NCBI GenBank assembly: GCA_965223905.1
Contig: CBDCXV010000011.1
Coordinates: 1,120,001-1,184,000 of the forward strand
Direction: 5' to 3'
Source of the DNA: Candidatus Latescibacterota bacterium
Lineage (GTDB): Bacteria; Latescibacterota; UBA2968; UBA8231
DNA: 64,000 bases
Positions 50,049 through 59,510 of this stretch are shown here, piece by piece. The translations under genes were made by a program, and so were the position numbers. The notes beneath the pieces are model-generated. The model saw nothing but the letters and a program-made list of their open reading frames with translations, had not been told where the DNA came from and ran no database searches. Every line of letters begins with the position of its first letter. Position 1 is the first letter of the stretch.

Positions 50049-50078
50049 TTGACTTGCGGATTTCGCCGCTCGTAACTT
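50049..50078 (+). promoter_or_regulatory. Sigma70-like promoter candidate for the mrp operon
   Basis: TTGACT-N18-TAACTT about 40 nt upstream of mrpE. Confidence 0.4.
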
Positions 50079-50119
50079 AGAGGAAAATCAGGTCCTTAGG
50101 GCAAAAATAAGGAGCGGTG

Positions 50120-50599
50120 ATGAGGCGAACGGCCAGTCTTCTGGCGGTGATGATGGCAGTCTGGCTGCTGTGGTCGGGACAGTACAGCTGGCTGCTCGTC
50201 GGCTTCGGCCTGCTCTCCTGCCTGCTGGTCGCCCTGATCGCCCGCCGCATGCGCATCCTCGACCTAGAAGGCCACCCCGTTCACCTGGCGCGGCGGCTGC
50301 CGGCCTACTGCCTGTGGCTGCTCTGGGCGATCGTCCGCTCCAACCTCGACGTCGCCTGGCGCATCCTCCATCCGCGGTTGCCGATCAGCCCCAATATCAT
50401 CCGGGTCAAGGCGAGCCAGCGCACCGATCTCGGCAAGGTCGTCTTCGCCAACTCCATCACCCTGACGCCGGGAACCCTGGCGCTCGAGGTCGAAGGGGAC
50501 GAGATCGAGGTGCACGCCCTGACCCGGGAGAGCGCCGCGGACCTCGAGGCCGGGGAAATGGACCGGCGCGTGACCTGGGTCGAGGGGGAGGAATCCTGA
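50120..50599 (+). CDS. mrpE: Na+/H+ antiporter subunit E
   Basis: SNLDVA, ANSITLTPGT, VHAL. Confidence 0.92.
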   Translation: MRRTASLLAVMMAVWLLWSGQYSWLLVGFGLLSCLLVALIARRMRILDLEGHPVHLARRLPAYCLWLLWAIVRSNLDVAWRILHPRLPISPNIIRVKASQRTDLGKVVFANSITLTPGTLALEVEGDEIEVHALTRESAADLEAGEMDRRVTWVEGEES

Positions 50600-50877
50600 T
50601 GTTCGTCGCCGTTGCGGCCGCGATCATCTTCACCCTCGTGCTCGCCGTGGCGCGGGCCGTCCTCGGACCGACGGCCTACGACCGCATCCTCGCCGTCAAC
50701 ATGGCGGCGACCAAGACCGTGCTCCTGATCGCCGTGGCCGGCTTTCTCACCGGCCGCCCCGAATTCCTCGACCTCGCTCTCGCCTGCGTGCTCCTCAACT
50801 TCATCGCCGCGGTCGCGGTCCTGAAGTTCGTCGACCGGGGGGATTTCTCCGTCTCGGGAGAGGCCGACCATGGCTGA
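50599..50877 (+). CDS. mrpF: Na+/H+ antiporter subunit F
   Basis: GPTAYDRILAVN, FLDLAL; TGATG overlap. Confidence 0.9.
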   Translation: MFVAVAAAIIFTLVLAVARAVLGPTAYDRILAVNMAATKTVLLIAVAGFLTGRPEFLDLALACVLLNFIAAVAVLKFVDRGDFSVSGEADHG

Positions 50878-51250
50878 GGCGGTCGCCGCCGGCTGCTGGA
50901 TCCTGCTCCTCTCCGGGTCGCTGTTCTGCGCCGTCGGCGGCATCGGCCTGCTGCGGCTCCCCGACTTCTTCAGCCGCGCCCACGGCGCCGGGGTCACCGA
51001 CACCCTCGGGACCGGGCTGCTGATAGCCGGCATGGCGCTCTACCACGAAGGGGGCCTGCTGCTTCAATACTTCGACGGGGCCATCGCCGCAGGGGAGCTG
51101 TTCCGGGGCTCGCTGGTCACCTTCAAGCTGATCCTCATCCTCCTGATCCTGTGGCTGTCGAGCCCGACCGCCACCCACGCCATCGCCAAGGCGGCGCGCC
51201 TGTCCGGCCACGAACCGCTGCTCGACGGCGCCGGCAGAAAATCCTCGTGA
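50870..51250 (+). CDS. mrpG: Na+/H+ antiporter subunit G
   Basis: GLLRLPDFFSRAH..TDTLG, PTATHAIAKA. Confidence 0.92.
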   Translation: MAEAVAAGCWILLLSGSLFCAVGGIGLLRLPDFFSRAHGAGVTDTLGTGLLIAGMALYHEGGLLLQYFDGAIAAGELFRGSLVTFKLILILLILWLSSPTATHAIAKAARLSGHEPLLDGAGRKSS

Positions 51251-51795
51251 CCGAGCTGCTCAACGTCTGCCTGCTCGCCTTCATGGCGGTCGTCGCCCTC
51301 GTCGTCCTGCGCCTGCGCAACCTGTTCGCCGCGGCGATGGTGGCGAGCTTCTTCAGCCTGCTTTCGGCGGGGATGTTCGTCATCCTCGACGCCGTCGACG
51401 TCGCCTTCACCGAGGTCGCCGTCGGCGCCGGGGTGACGACCATCATCATGCTCGGCACCCTGGTTCTGACCGGAACGGAGGAGAAGGCCGCGGCTTCCTG
51501 GTCCCCCTGGCCCCTGCTCGCGGTGCTGGCGCTGGGCGGGCTGCTGGTCTACGGCACCCTCGACATGCCGCGTTACGGCGATCCCGGCTCCGCGGTGCAC
51601 ACCCACGTCGTCGGCCCCCGCTACATCGAGGAGTCCCCCGCCGAGATCGGGGTGCCGAACATGGTGACCTCGGTGCTGGCCAGCTACCGCGGCTACGACA
51701 CCCTGGGGGAGACCGCGGTGATCTTCACCGCCGGCATCGGCCTGCTGCTGCTGATAGGGGCAGGTTTCCGCGGGCGCGGGAAGGAGGCCCCGTGA
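51247..51795 (+). CDS. DUF4040 / MrpB N-terminal-type subunit
   Basis: AVDVAFTEVAVGAG, PNMVTSVLASYRGYDTLGE. Confidence 0.88.
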   Translation: MTELLNVCLLAFMAVVALVVLRLRNLFAAAMVASFFSLLSAGMFVILDAVDVAFTEVAVGAGVTTIIMLGTLVLTGTEEKAAASWSPWPLLAVLALGGLLVYGTLDMPRYGDPGSAVHTHVVGPRYIEESPAEIGVPNMVTSVLASYRGYDTLGETAVIFTAGIGLLLLIGAGFRGRGKEAP

Positions 51796-52229
51796 GCGAC
51801 CACCTCATCCTGCGCGTCGTCGCCAAGCTGTTCATCCCCTTCATCCTGCTGTTCGCCCTCTACGTGCAGTTCCACGGCGACTTCGGGCCGGGGGGCGGCT
51901 TCCAGGCCGGGGTGATCTTCGCCGCGGCGTTTTCCCTCCACTGCCTGGTGTTCGGCATCGACCGAACCCGGCGCGCCTTCCCGCCGAACCTCGTCGAGTT
52001 CTGCGCCGCCTTCGGCATGCTCCTCTACATCGGCACCGGGGCCGCGGGAATCCTGCTCGGGGGGTCCTTCCTCGACTACAACGTCCTCGGCAGCGACCCG
52101 GTGAAAGGGCAGCACCTCGGCATCCTGCTCGTCGAGCTGGGGGTCGGGATCACGGTCGCCGCGGTGATGGTGGCGCTCTTCTTCTGCTTCTGCGGCAGGT
52201 CGCCGGAAGGGAAGGACCGGGAGCAGTGA
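51792..52229 (+). CDS. mrpB: Na+/H+ antiporter subunit B
   Basis: HGDFGPGGGFQAG, ELGVGITV. Confidence 0.92.
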   Translation: MSDHLILRVVAKLFIPFILLFALYVQFHGDFGPGGGFQAGVIFAAAFSLHCLVFGIDRTRRAFPPNLVEFCAAFGMLLYIGTGAAGILLGGSFLDYNVLGSDPVKGQHLGILLVELGVGITVAAVMVALFFCFCGRSPEGKDREQ

Positions 52230-52624
52230 GCGGCTGGTCCGGCCTCTACAACTACTGGGCCGTCATCTTCCTGATGATGACCGGCCTCTACACCGTGATC
52301 TCGCGGCACAACCTCGTCAAGAAGATGATCGGGCTGACCGTCTTCCAGACGTCGGTGTTCCTGCTCTACATCACCATGGGCAAGGTCGCCGGCGGCACGG
52401 CGCCGATCGTAGGGGCTCCCGGTGCGGCGTACGCCAACCCTCTGCCCCACGCCCTCATCCTGACGGCCATCGTCGTCGGCATCTCCACCACCGCGGTCGG
52501 CCTCGCCCTGATCATCCGCATCCACCAGGCCTACGGCACCCTCGAGGAGGACGAGATCGCCGCCCTCGACCATCCCCCCGCCGACAGCCGCCCCCCGGAC
52601 GTTCGCCCCCCGGATCGCAATTGA
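52226..52624 (+). CDS. mrpC: Na+/H+ antiporter subunit C
   Basis: NLVKKMIGL, NPLPHALILTAIVVG. Confidence 0.92.
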   Translation: MSGWSGLYNYWAVIFLMMTGLYTVISRHNLVKKMIGLTVFQTSVFLLYITMGKVAGGTAPIVGAPGAAYANPLPHALILTAIVVGISTTAVGLALIIRIHQAYGTLEEDEIAALDHPPADSRPPDVRPPDRN

Positions 52625-54099
52625 TCGGCCGGCACCTCCCGATCCTGCTGATCGCCCTGCCGCTGGTCTCGGCCCCGCTCTGCGTGCTCCTGCGCCGGCG
52701 CGCCCCGGCCTGGGGCCTGGCGGCCGTTGTCAGCTGGCTGACCCTGGGGATGGCCGGCGCCCTGCTCGCCGAGGTGCTGCGCTCCGGTCCGGTCAGCTAC
52801 GCCCTCGGCAGCTGGAGCGCGCCCTGGGGGATCGAGTACCGCATCGACGCGGTCAACGCCTTCGTGCTCCTGCTGGTGTCGCTGATCGGCGCCGTGGTCG
52901 TCCTCTTCGCGCCGGGCAGCATCGCCGGAGAGCTGCCCAAGGCGCGCGGCAACCTCTTCTACGCCGCCTGGCTGCTCTGCCTGACCGGCCAGCTCGGCAT
53001 GGTGGCCACCGGCGACGCCTTCAACGTCTTCGTCTTCCTCGAGATCTCCTCCCTGTCGGCCTACGCCCTGGTCGGCATGGGGCCGGACCGCCGCGCCCTG
53101 TCCGCCGCGTTCCGCTACCTCGTCATGGGCACCATCGGGGGGACCTTCTTCGTCACCGGGGTCGGCCTCCTCTACATGATGACGGGCACCCTGAACATGG
53201 CCGACATGGCCGAGCGCCTGCCGCCGGTCATGCACACCCGCACCGTGCTGGCCGCCTTCGCCTTCCTCAGCATCGGCCTGAGCCTCAAGCTGGCGCTGTT
53301 TCCCATGCACCTCTGGCTGCCGGACGCGTACGCGTACGCGCCGTCCGCGGTCACCGCCTTTCTCGCGGCCACCGCGACCAAGGTCGCCGTCTACGTCTTC
53401 CTGCGCTTCTTCTTCACCATCTTCGGCGGCGACTACGCCTTCGGCACCCTCAACCTCGACTACCTGCTGATCCCCCTGGCCCTCGCCGGGGTTTTCGCCG
53501 GCTCGCTGGCGGCCCTGTTCCAGCACAACGTCAAGCGCATGCTCGCCTACTCCAGCGTCGCCCAGGTCGGCTACATGATGCTGGGGATCGGGCTGTTCTC
53601 GGTGACCGGCCTCACCGCCACCCTCGTGCACCTGTTCAACCACGCCCTGATGAAGGGGGCGCTCTTCCTCGCCATGGGGTGCGTCGCCTGCAGGATCGGA
53701 TCGGTCGAGCTGGAAGACCTGCGGGGCCTCGGAAAACGCATGCCGCTGACCGCGGCCGCCTTCGTCGCCGGGGGGCTGAGCCTGATCGGCGTGCCCCTTA
53801 CAGCCGGCTTCATCAGCAAGTGGTACCTGGTGCTGGCGGCGCTCGAACGCGGCATGTGGCCGGTCGCCGTGCTCGTGCTGGCCGGCTCCCTGATCGCCGT
53901 CGCCTACGTCTGGCGGGTGGTGGAGGCAGCCTACTTCCGGGAACCGGCCGGGGAGTCCGGGATCGCCGAAGCGCCGCTGTCGATGCAGATCCCGCTGTGG
54001 ATCCTGGTCGCCGCCAACTTCTACTTCGGCCTAGCGACGGAAACGACGGCCGGGGTCGCCGGGCAGGGAGCGCGGCTGCTGATGGGAACCGCCCCGTGA
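52621..54099 (+). CDS. mrpD: Na+/H+ antiporter subunit D
   Basis: GDAFNVFVFLE, KLALFPMHLWLPDAY, KRMLAYSS, NHALMK. Confidence 0.92.
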   Translation: MIGRHLPILLIALPLVSAPLCVLLRRRAPAWGLAAVVSWLTLGMAGALLAEVLRSGPVSYALGSWSAPWGIEYRIDAVNAFVLLLVSLIGAVVVLFAPGSIAGELPKARGNLFYAAWLLCLTGQLGMVATGDAFNVFVFLEISSLSAYALVGMGPDRRALSAAFRYLVMGTIGGTFFVTGVGLLYMMTGTLNMADMAERLPPVMHTRTVLAAFAFLSIGLSLKLALFPMHLWLPDAYAYAPSAVTAFLAATATKVAVYVFLRFFFTIFGGDYAFGTLNLDYLLIPLALAGVFAGSLAALFQHNVKRMLAYSSVAQVGYMMLGIGLFSVTGLTATLVHLFNHALMKGALFLAMGCVACRIGSVELEDLRGLGKRMPLTAAAFVAGGLSLIGVPLTAGFISKWYLVLAALERGMWPVAVLVLAGSLIAVAYVWRVVEAAYFREPAGESGIAEAPLSMQIPLWILVAANFYFGLATETTAGVAGQGARLLMGTAP

Positions 54100-54181
54100 G
54101 TTCCGCCATGGTTCTGCTCGCGGTTGCGGTATCGTCCGGCCCTGCGCCCGGGGGGTGCGGGCTGCCCATGGGAGCGGCTCC

Positions 54182-55660
54182 GTGAGCCCCTCCGCCCTCA
54201 TCGTCGCCGCGGTCTTCCTGCCGCTGGCCGCCTGCCCCCTGATCGCCCTCACCGGGCGCCGCCCCAACCTGCGCGAGGCGGTGACCCTGGCCGCCGGCGT
54301 CCTGACCTTCGGCGCCGTGCTGCAGCTGCTGCCGCTGGTGACCGCGGGGGAACGGCCCGGGGCAAGCCTCATGCAGGTGCTGCCCGGCATCGATCTCGCC
54401 TTCGAGGTCGAGCCGCTCGGCATGCTCTTCGCCATGGTCGCTTCCGGCCTGTGGATCGTCACCTCCTGCTACTCGATCGGGTACATGCGCGGCCACCACG
54501 AGAGCTCCCAAACCCGCTTCTTCTTCTTTTTCGCCGTCGCCGTCGGCGCCGCCCTGGCGGTCGCCTTCGCGCGCAACCTGTTCACCCTGTTCCTCGCCTA
54601 CGAAGTGCTGACGTTCTCGACCTACCCGCTGGTGACCCACGCGCGCACCCCCGCGGCCCGGCGAGGCGGCCGCATCTATCTCGGCATCCTGCTCGGCACC
54701 TCGTTCTTCTTCCTGCTGCCGGCCATCCTCTGGACCTGGCACCTGACCGGCACCCTCGAGTTCGCGGAAGGGGGCATCCTGCAGGGGAGCAGCGGCACCG
54801 CCGTCGTCGCCCTGCTCCTCCTCTACGCCTTCGGAACCGGCAAGGCGGCGCTCATCCCCTTCCACCGCTGGCTGCCCGCGGCCATGGTCGCCCCGGCTCC
54901 GGTCAGCGCCCTGCTGCACGCGGTGGCCGTGGTCAAGGCGGGGGTCTTCACGGTGCTGAAGGTCATCCTCTACGTCTTCGGCCTCGACCTGCTGCGGGAG
55001 ACGTCGGCCGGCGTCTGGCTGATGTACGCGGCCGGCGCCACCGTCCTGATCGCCTCGCTGGTGGCGATGACGAAGGACAACCTCAAGGCGCGGCTCGCCT
55101 ACTCCACGGTGAGCCAGCTCTCCTACATCCTGCTCGGCGGCGCCCTGGCCAGCTCCTGGGGGATCGTCGGCGGCGGCATGCACATCGCCATGCACGCCTT
55201 CGGCAAGATCACCCTCTTCTTCTGCGCCGGGGCCATCGACGTCGCCCTGCACAAGACCGAGATCAGCGACATGCGCGGCATCGGCAGGCAGATGCCGGTG
55301 ACGATGTCCTGCTTCCTCGTCGGCGCCCTGAGCGTCATCGGCCTGCCCCCGATGGGAGGCTCGTGGAGCAAGTGGTACCTCGCCCTGGGGGCGGTCGACG
55401 CCGGGCAGCTGCTGTTCCTGGCGGTGCTGATGGTCAGCACCCTGCTCAACATCGCCTACCTGATGCCGATCCCGATCCGGGCCTTCTTCCCGCGAGGAGA
55501 GGGCGCCGCGCCGGGTGGCGGGGCCGCGGGCAGCGGCGGCATCCGCGAGGCCCCGGCCTTCATGCTGGCGCCGATCTGCTTCACGGCCCTGGGATGCCTC
55601 GTTCTCTTCTTCTGCGCCGGCGGCCTCTACCGGCTGCTGCTGCCGCTGGCAGGCAAGTGA
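54182..55660 (+). CDS. MrpD/MrpA-like antiporter subunit (second)
   Basis: NLFTLFLAYE, PFHRWLPAAMVAP, LHAVAVVKAG, HAFGKITLF. Confidence 0.88.
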   Translation: MSPSALIVAAVFLPLAACPLIALTGRRPNLREAVTLAAGVLTFGAVLQLLPLVTAGERPGASLMQVLPGIDLAFEVEPLGMLFAMVASGLWIVTSCYSIGYMRGHHESSQTRFFFFFAVAVGAALAVAFARNLFTLFLAYEVLTFSTYPLVTHARTPAARRGGRIYLGILLGTSFFFLLPAILWTWHLTGTLEFAEGGILQGSSGTAVVALLLLYAFGTGKAALIPFHRWLPAAMVAPAPVSALLHAVAVVKAGVFTVLKVILYVFGLDLLRETSAGVWLMYAAGATVLIASLVAMTKDNLKARLAYSTVSQLSYILLGGALASSWGIVGGGMHIAMHAFGKITLFFCAGAIDVALHKTEISDMRGIGRQMPVTMSCFLVGALSVIGLPPMGGSWSKWYLALGAVDAGQLLFLAVLMVSTLLNIAYLMPIPIRAFFPRGEGAAPGGGAAGSGGIREAPAFMLAPICFTALGCLVLFFCAGGLYRLLLPLAGK

Positions 55661-55682
55661 CGCGGGCAGCGGCGAGGCGACC

Positions 55683-56069
55683 ATGAACCGACCGACCGAC
55701 AGCGGCCGGGGCTGGATCGAAAGACCGGGCAGCACCGGCAAGCTCTACCGCCTGCTGCTGGTTATCTGCGGCCTGCTCCTGGCGGCCGACCTCCTCGATG
55801 TTCTCGGGGTCTTCCACAAGCACGTCCATCACGACGCCGAGGGCTGGCTCGGCTTCTACAGCCTCTTCGGGTTCGCCGCCTACGCCTTCATCGTCGGCGC
55901 CGGTTGGGTCTGGCGCGCGCTCGTGGGGCGCGGCCCCGACTACTACGACCAGGCGTCGTCCGGGGGGACCGAAGGGGAGGAGAACTCCTCTTCCGGTGAG
56001 GACCCATCCCGCGATGCGGACTCACCATGCGACGAGGACTCGTCTCGCGATGGGGGCTCATCAAGATGA
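55683..56069 (+). CDS. Small membrane protein of the mrp operon with acidic repeat tail
   Basis: Two TM segments, GFYSLFGF...R..DYYD; ATGA overlap with the next gene. Confidence 0.7.
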   Translation: MNRPTDSGRGWIERPGSTGKLYRLLLVICGLLLAADLLDVLGVFHKHVHHDAEGWLGFYSLFGFAAYAFIVGAGWVWRALVGRGPDYYDQASSGGTEGEENSSSGEDPSRDADSPCDEDSSRDGGSSR

Positions 56070-57844
56070 GCAGGCCCGTCCGCATCCTCCTGGCTCTGGC
56101 GGCCCTGGCGCCGCTGGCGGCGATCCCCGCTTCCGGCGCGGACCTGACTCCCGGGGCGATCATGATCCTCGGGGCGCCGCTGCTCGCGGTGCTGAGGGGG
56201 CGGCTGCAGCAGCTCTGCCTGATCGCCCTGCCGCTCCTGAGCTGCGCCCACCTGTTCGCTCTCGACCCGGGCTCCTTCGGGCAGCTCGCCGTCTTCGACT
56301 ACACCCTTACCGTCGCCCGGGTAGACAGGCTCAGCCTCGCCTTCGGGTACATCTTCAGCATGGCGGCCGTCATCGCGGCGATCTACGCGCTCCACGTCAG
56401 GGACAGCCTGCAGCACACCTGCGGCGCCGTCTACATCGGCGCGGCGACCGGGGCGGTGTTCGCCGGCGACCTGCTCACCCTCTTCGTCTACTGGGAGCTC
56501 ACCTCGGTCGCCTCGGTCTTCCTGGTCTGGGCCGGCGGCGGCGAGCGCGCCTTCCGGGCGGGCATGCGCTACCTCCTTATCCAGGTCGGCTCCGGGGTGC
56601 TGCTGCTGTCCGGCCTGCTCGTCCGCTACGACGCCACCGGCTCGCTCGCCTTCGACCACCTCGGCGACCCGGGGATCGACAACCTCGGCGGCACCCTGAT
56701 CTTCCTCGCCTTCGGCATCAAGTGCGCCTTCCCGTTCCTGCACAACTGGCTGCAGGACGCCTACCCCGAGGCCTCGGTCACCGGCACCGTCATCCTCAGC
56801 GCCTTCACCACCAAGCTCGCGGTGTACAGCCTCGCCCGCGGCTTCGCCGGCGTGGAGATCCTGGTGCCGATCGGGACCGCGATGACGGTGTTCCCGGTCT
56901 TCTTCGCCGTCATCGAGAACGACCTGCGCCGGGTGCTGGCGTACAGCCTCAACAACCAGCTCGGGTTCATGGTCGTCGGGATCGGCATCGGCACCGAGCT
57001 GGCCCTGAACGGGGCGGTCTCGCACGCCTTCGTCCACATCATCTACAAGGCGCTGCTGTTCATGTCGGTGGGAGCCGTGCTCTACCGGGCGGGCACGGCG
57101 AAGGCCTCGGAGCTCGGCATGCTCTACAAGTCGATGCCCTGGACCGCGTTCTTCTGCCTCATCGGGGCGGCCTCGATCTCGGCCTTTCCCCTGTTCAGCG
57201 GATTCGTCACCAAATCGATGACCCTGGGCGCCGCGGCACAGGAGGGTTGGATAGTCTGCTGGTTCCTGCTGCTCTTCGCCTCCGCGGGGGTGCTCCACCA
57301 CTCGGGGATCAAGATCCCCTTCTACGGCTTCTTCGGCCTCCGCGACTCCGGGATCCGCTGCCGGGAAGCCCCCTTCAACATGCTGCTGGCGATGGGAATC
57401 GCCGCCTTTCTGTGCGTCGCCATCGGCGTCTACCCGCAGCCCCTCTACGACATCCTGCCGCACGACATCGGCGAGTTCCACGCCTACACGGCGAACCACG
57501 TGATCACGCAGCTGCAGCTGCTCTTCTTCGCCATGCTCGCCTTCGCCTTGCTGGCGCGCCGCCACCTCGAGACGCCGGAGCTGCCGTCGGTCAACCTCGA
57601 TTTCGACTGGGTCTACCGGAAGCTGCTTCCCGGGGCGGTGCGGTCGCTGGCAGGGGTCTTCGTGCCGGTGCGGGACCGCCTCCGCGACAACGCCGCGGCC
57701 ACCGTCCTGGAGCTCGCCGGTTTCCTTCAGGAGCACCACGGCCCGGCCGGCATCCTCGGCCGCACCTCGCTGACGAGCGTCTCGGTCCTCATCGTCGGGC
57801 TGCTGCTGGCGCTGTCGCTGATTCTCTATTTCGCGGGTTCGTAG
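56066..57844 (+). CDS. MrpD-like antiporter subunit (third)
   Basis: GDLLTLFVYWE, LHNWLQDAYPE, FTTKLAVY, RRVLAYS, HIIYKALLFM. Confidence 0.88.
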   Translation: MSRPVRILLALAALAPLAAIPASGADLTPGAIMILGAPLLAVLRGRLQQLCLIALPLLSCAHLFALDPGSFGQLAVFDYTLTVARVDRLSLAFGYIFSMAAVIAAIYALHVRDSLQHTCGAVYIGAATGAVFAGDLLTLFVYWELTSVASVFLVWAGGGERAFRAGMRYLLIQVGSGVLLLSGLLVRYDATGSLAFDHLGDPGIDNLGGTLIFLAFGIKCAFPFLHNWLQDAYPEASVTGTVILSAFTTKLAVYSLARGFAGVEILVPIGTAMTVFPVFFAVIENDLRRVLAYSLNNQLGFMVVGIGIGTELALNGAVSHAFVHIIYKALLFMSVGAVLYRAGTAKASELGMLYKSMPWTAFFCLIGAASISAFPLFSGFVTKSMTLGAAAQEGWIVCWFLLLFASAGVLHHSGIKIPFYGFFGLRDSGIRCREAPFNMLLAMGIAAFLCVAIGVYPQPLYDILPHDIGEFHAYTANHVITQLQLLFFAMLAFALLARRHLETPELPSVNLDFDWVYRKLLPGAVRSLAGVFVPVRDRLRDNAAATVLELAGFLQEHHGPAGILGRTSLTSVSVLIVGLLLALSLILYFAGS

Positions 57845-57906
57845 GACTCTCTCAACAATCGGCCGGTCCGGGTCTCCGACAGCATGGCCGACCCAGTCCG
57901 GGTCCG

Positions 57907-58216
57907 TTACCTCAGCAGGGTCATCTTGCGCACCAGGGCCTTGTCCCCTGCGGCGAGCCGGTAGAGGTAGACGCCGGCGGCCACGGGGCGGCCCTGCTCG
58001 TCGCGGCCCTCCCAGTCCACCTGGTGTATCCCGGCGGTCAGGGTGCGGTTGGGTATCAGGGTTTTGACCACCTGCCCGGCGAGGCTGTAGATGACCGGGG
58101 AGGCCTCCCCGGTTTCAGTCAGCTGGAAATAGAGGGTCGTGCTGGGGTTGAAGGGGTTGGTCACCGTGGCCCGCAGCTGCTTGCCGACATCGGCGGCCAC
58201 CGGCGTGTAGCGGGAC
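57907..58216 (-). pseudogene. Remnant of an adhesin paralog: repeat fragment fused to a FlgD/T9SS-like C-terminal domain
   Basis: SRYTPVAADVGKQLRATV joined directly to NPFNPSTT...GVYLYRL...KMTLLR; similar to 59511-59765. Confidence 0.8.
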
Positions 58217-58286
58217 AGGGCTCCGGCGTGATTCGTAGTTCAACAGCGACGAACCGTTGTCCACAAGCGGCGTTCCAATTCAACAC

Positions 58287-58680
58287 ACCAGTCATTGCGG
58301 GACGCGTCGTCCTCGTCGTTGGACGAGCGGAAGGTGATCCCTGGAGAGCTGGCATCGAGAGTCCCGGCAACGATGAGCTCGGAGCGAGTGCCGTCGTTGT
58401 CGTTCTCGGTGTTGGTGTCATCGCTGTTGGCGACGAATTCGACCGTCGCCCGGGGATCGAGCGTCAACGTTATCCCCGACGGAATGGTCACGTCGCCGGT
58501 CAGGGTGACGGAATCATCCCACGGCTCGATGCGGAACAGTTTGCCCTCGCCGGCATCCAATTCAGACGCGTCCAGCGTCACCGTCGTCGTCCGCGTGCCC
58601 GTGGTCCCACACTGCGTGTTGACCACCATCAGATAGCGCGTGCCGTCCGTATGGGTGAAGGCGCCCAAGAAGAAGCCGCG
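58287..58680 (-). pseudogene. Internal fragments of a large secreted protein
   Basis: FLGAFTH..YLMVVN abutting VTLTGDVTIPSGITLTL...ELIVAGTL..ITFRS..DW; no start or signal peptide. Confidence 0.6.
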
Positions 58681-59079
58681 GCCCTGCTCTACGGATTCAC
58701 GAAATACCTCGCCGGCACGGGTTTCTCAAACTCAACGGTGACAGCACTTGCAGATGCCGCGAGGGAGGTGGTTCTCGTTCGGAGTGCCGGGCTGGAAGGG
58801 CCAGCCGCGCTATTCGCGGAGGCGTTCGGTCAGGCCGGCGTTCTGCCGGTGAGCGCGGCCATCGGCGCCTTCATCATGATATGGGGATTGTATACGCTGC
58901 TGGAGGGAAGCCGCCTTGGATACAAGCAGACGTGAGCACCTTGCCCCGCGGCGCGGTCAGAGCTGGAATCCGAGCAGGGCAATGCCCGTCATCGCACCGG
59001 GACGACCCCCGCCACAGCTCGAGTTCGCAACCCTGACCTCACGTTCTTGACCGCCGTTGCCAACGCCACCGGTACGCCC

Positions 59080-59283
59080 GAACGGTTGGCGCCTGGGCGA
59101 TGGCCGCTTCATGTGCTGCGAGTGTGGGGCGCGCAGTTCGGTGACGGCGGGGACGATCTTTGACCGAACCCGGACGCTGCTGAGCGTGTGGTTCACCGCC
59201 TGCGGGTTGTTCGCTACCGGCAAGGACGGGATCTCGGCGTTGAGCTTGAAGCGGGTGCTGAGACCGGCTCGTACCAGACCGCG
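59080..59283 (+). mobile_element. IS1595-family transposase fragment (N-terminal)
   Basis: CCECG..SVTAGTIFDRTR..L..WF...KDGISALSL..L, then GSYQTA out of frame. Confidence 0.8.
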
Positions 59284-59510
59284 TCACCGACGGGTGGCCG
59301 GCCTACCAGGGACTGGCGCAACTCGGCTACGTGCATGATCGTCGCTCTCAAAGCGTAGCCGGTGCTCCCCTTGGCGGACGCCGCCCCGGGCCGTCCACCT
59401 GGGATACCCGCCTGCCCTCTCAGAACCCGCGATTTCTTTTCTGATTGGCCGGCCTCTGCGAAACGCCGCTCTGCCGCCAGCGTGCGCCGGCCGATGACAA
59501 AGCGGCCCCC

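Noticed and set aside
55798-58935. 1045-aa ORF and many other long overlapping ORFs (for example 2497-4164, 29967-31913, 53813-55741)
   Set aside because: Arg/Pro/Gly-rich shadow frames of real genes, expected in high-GC DNA
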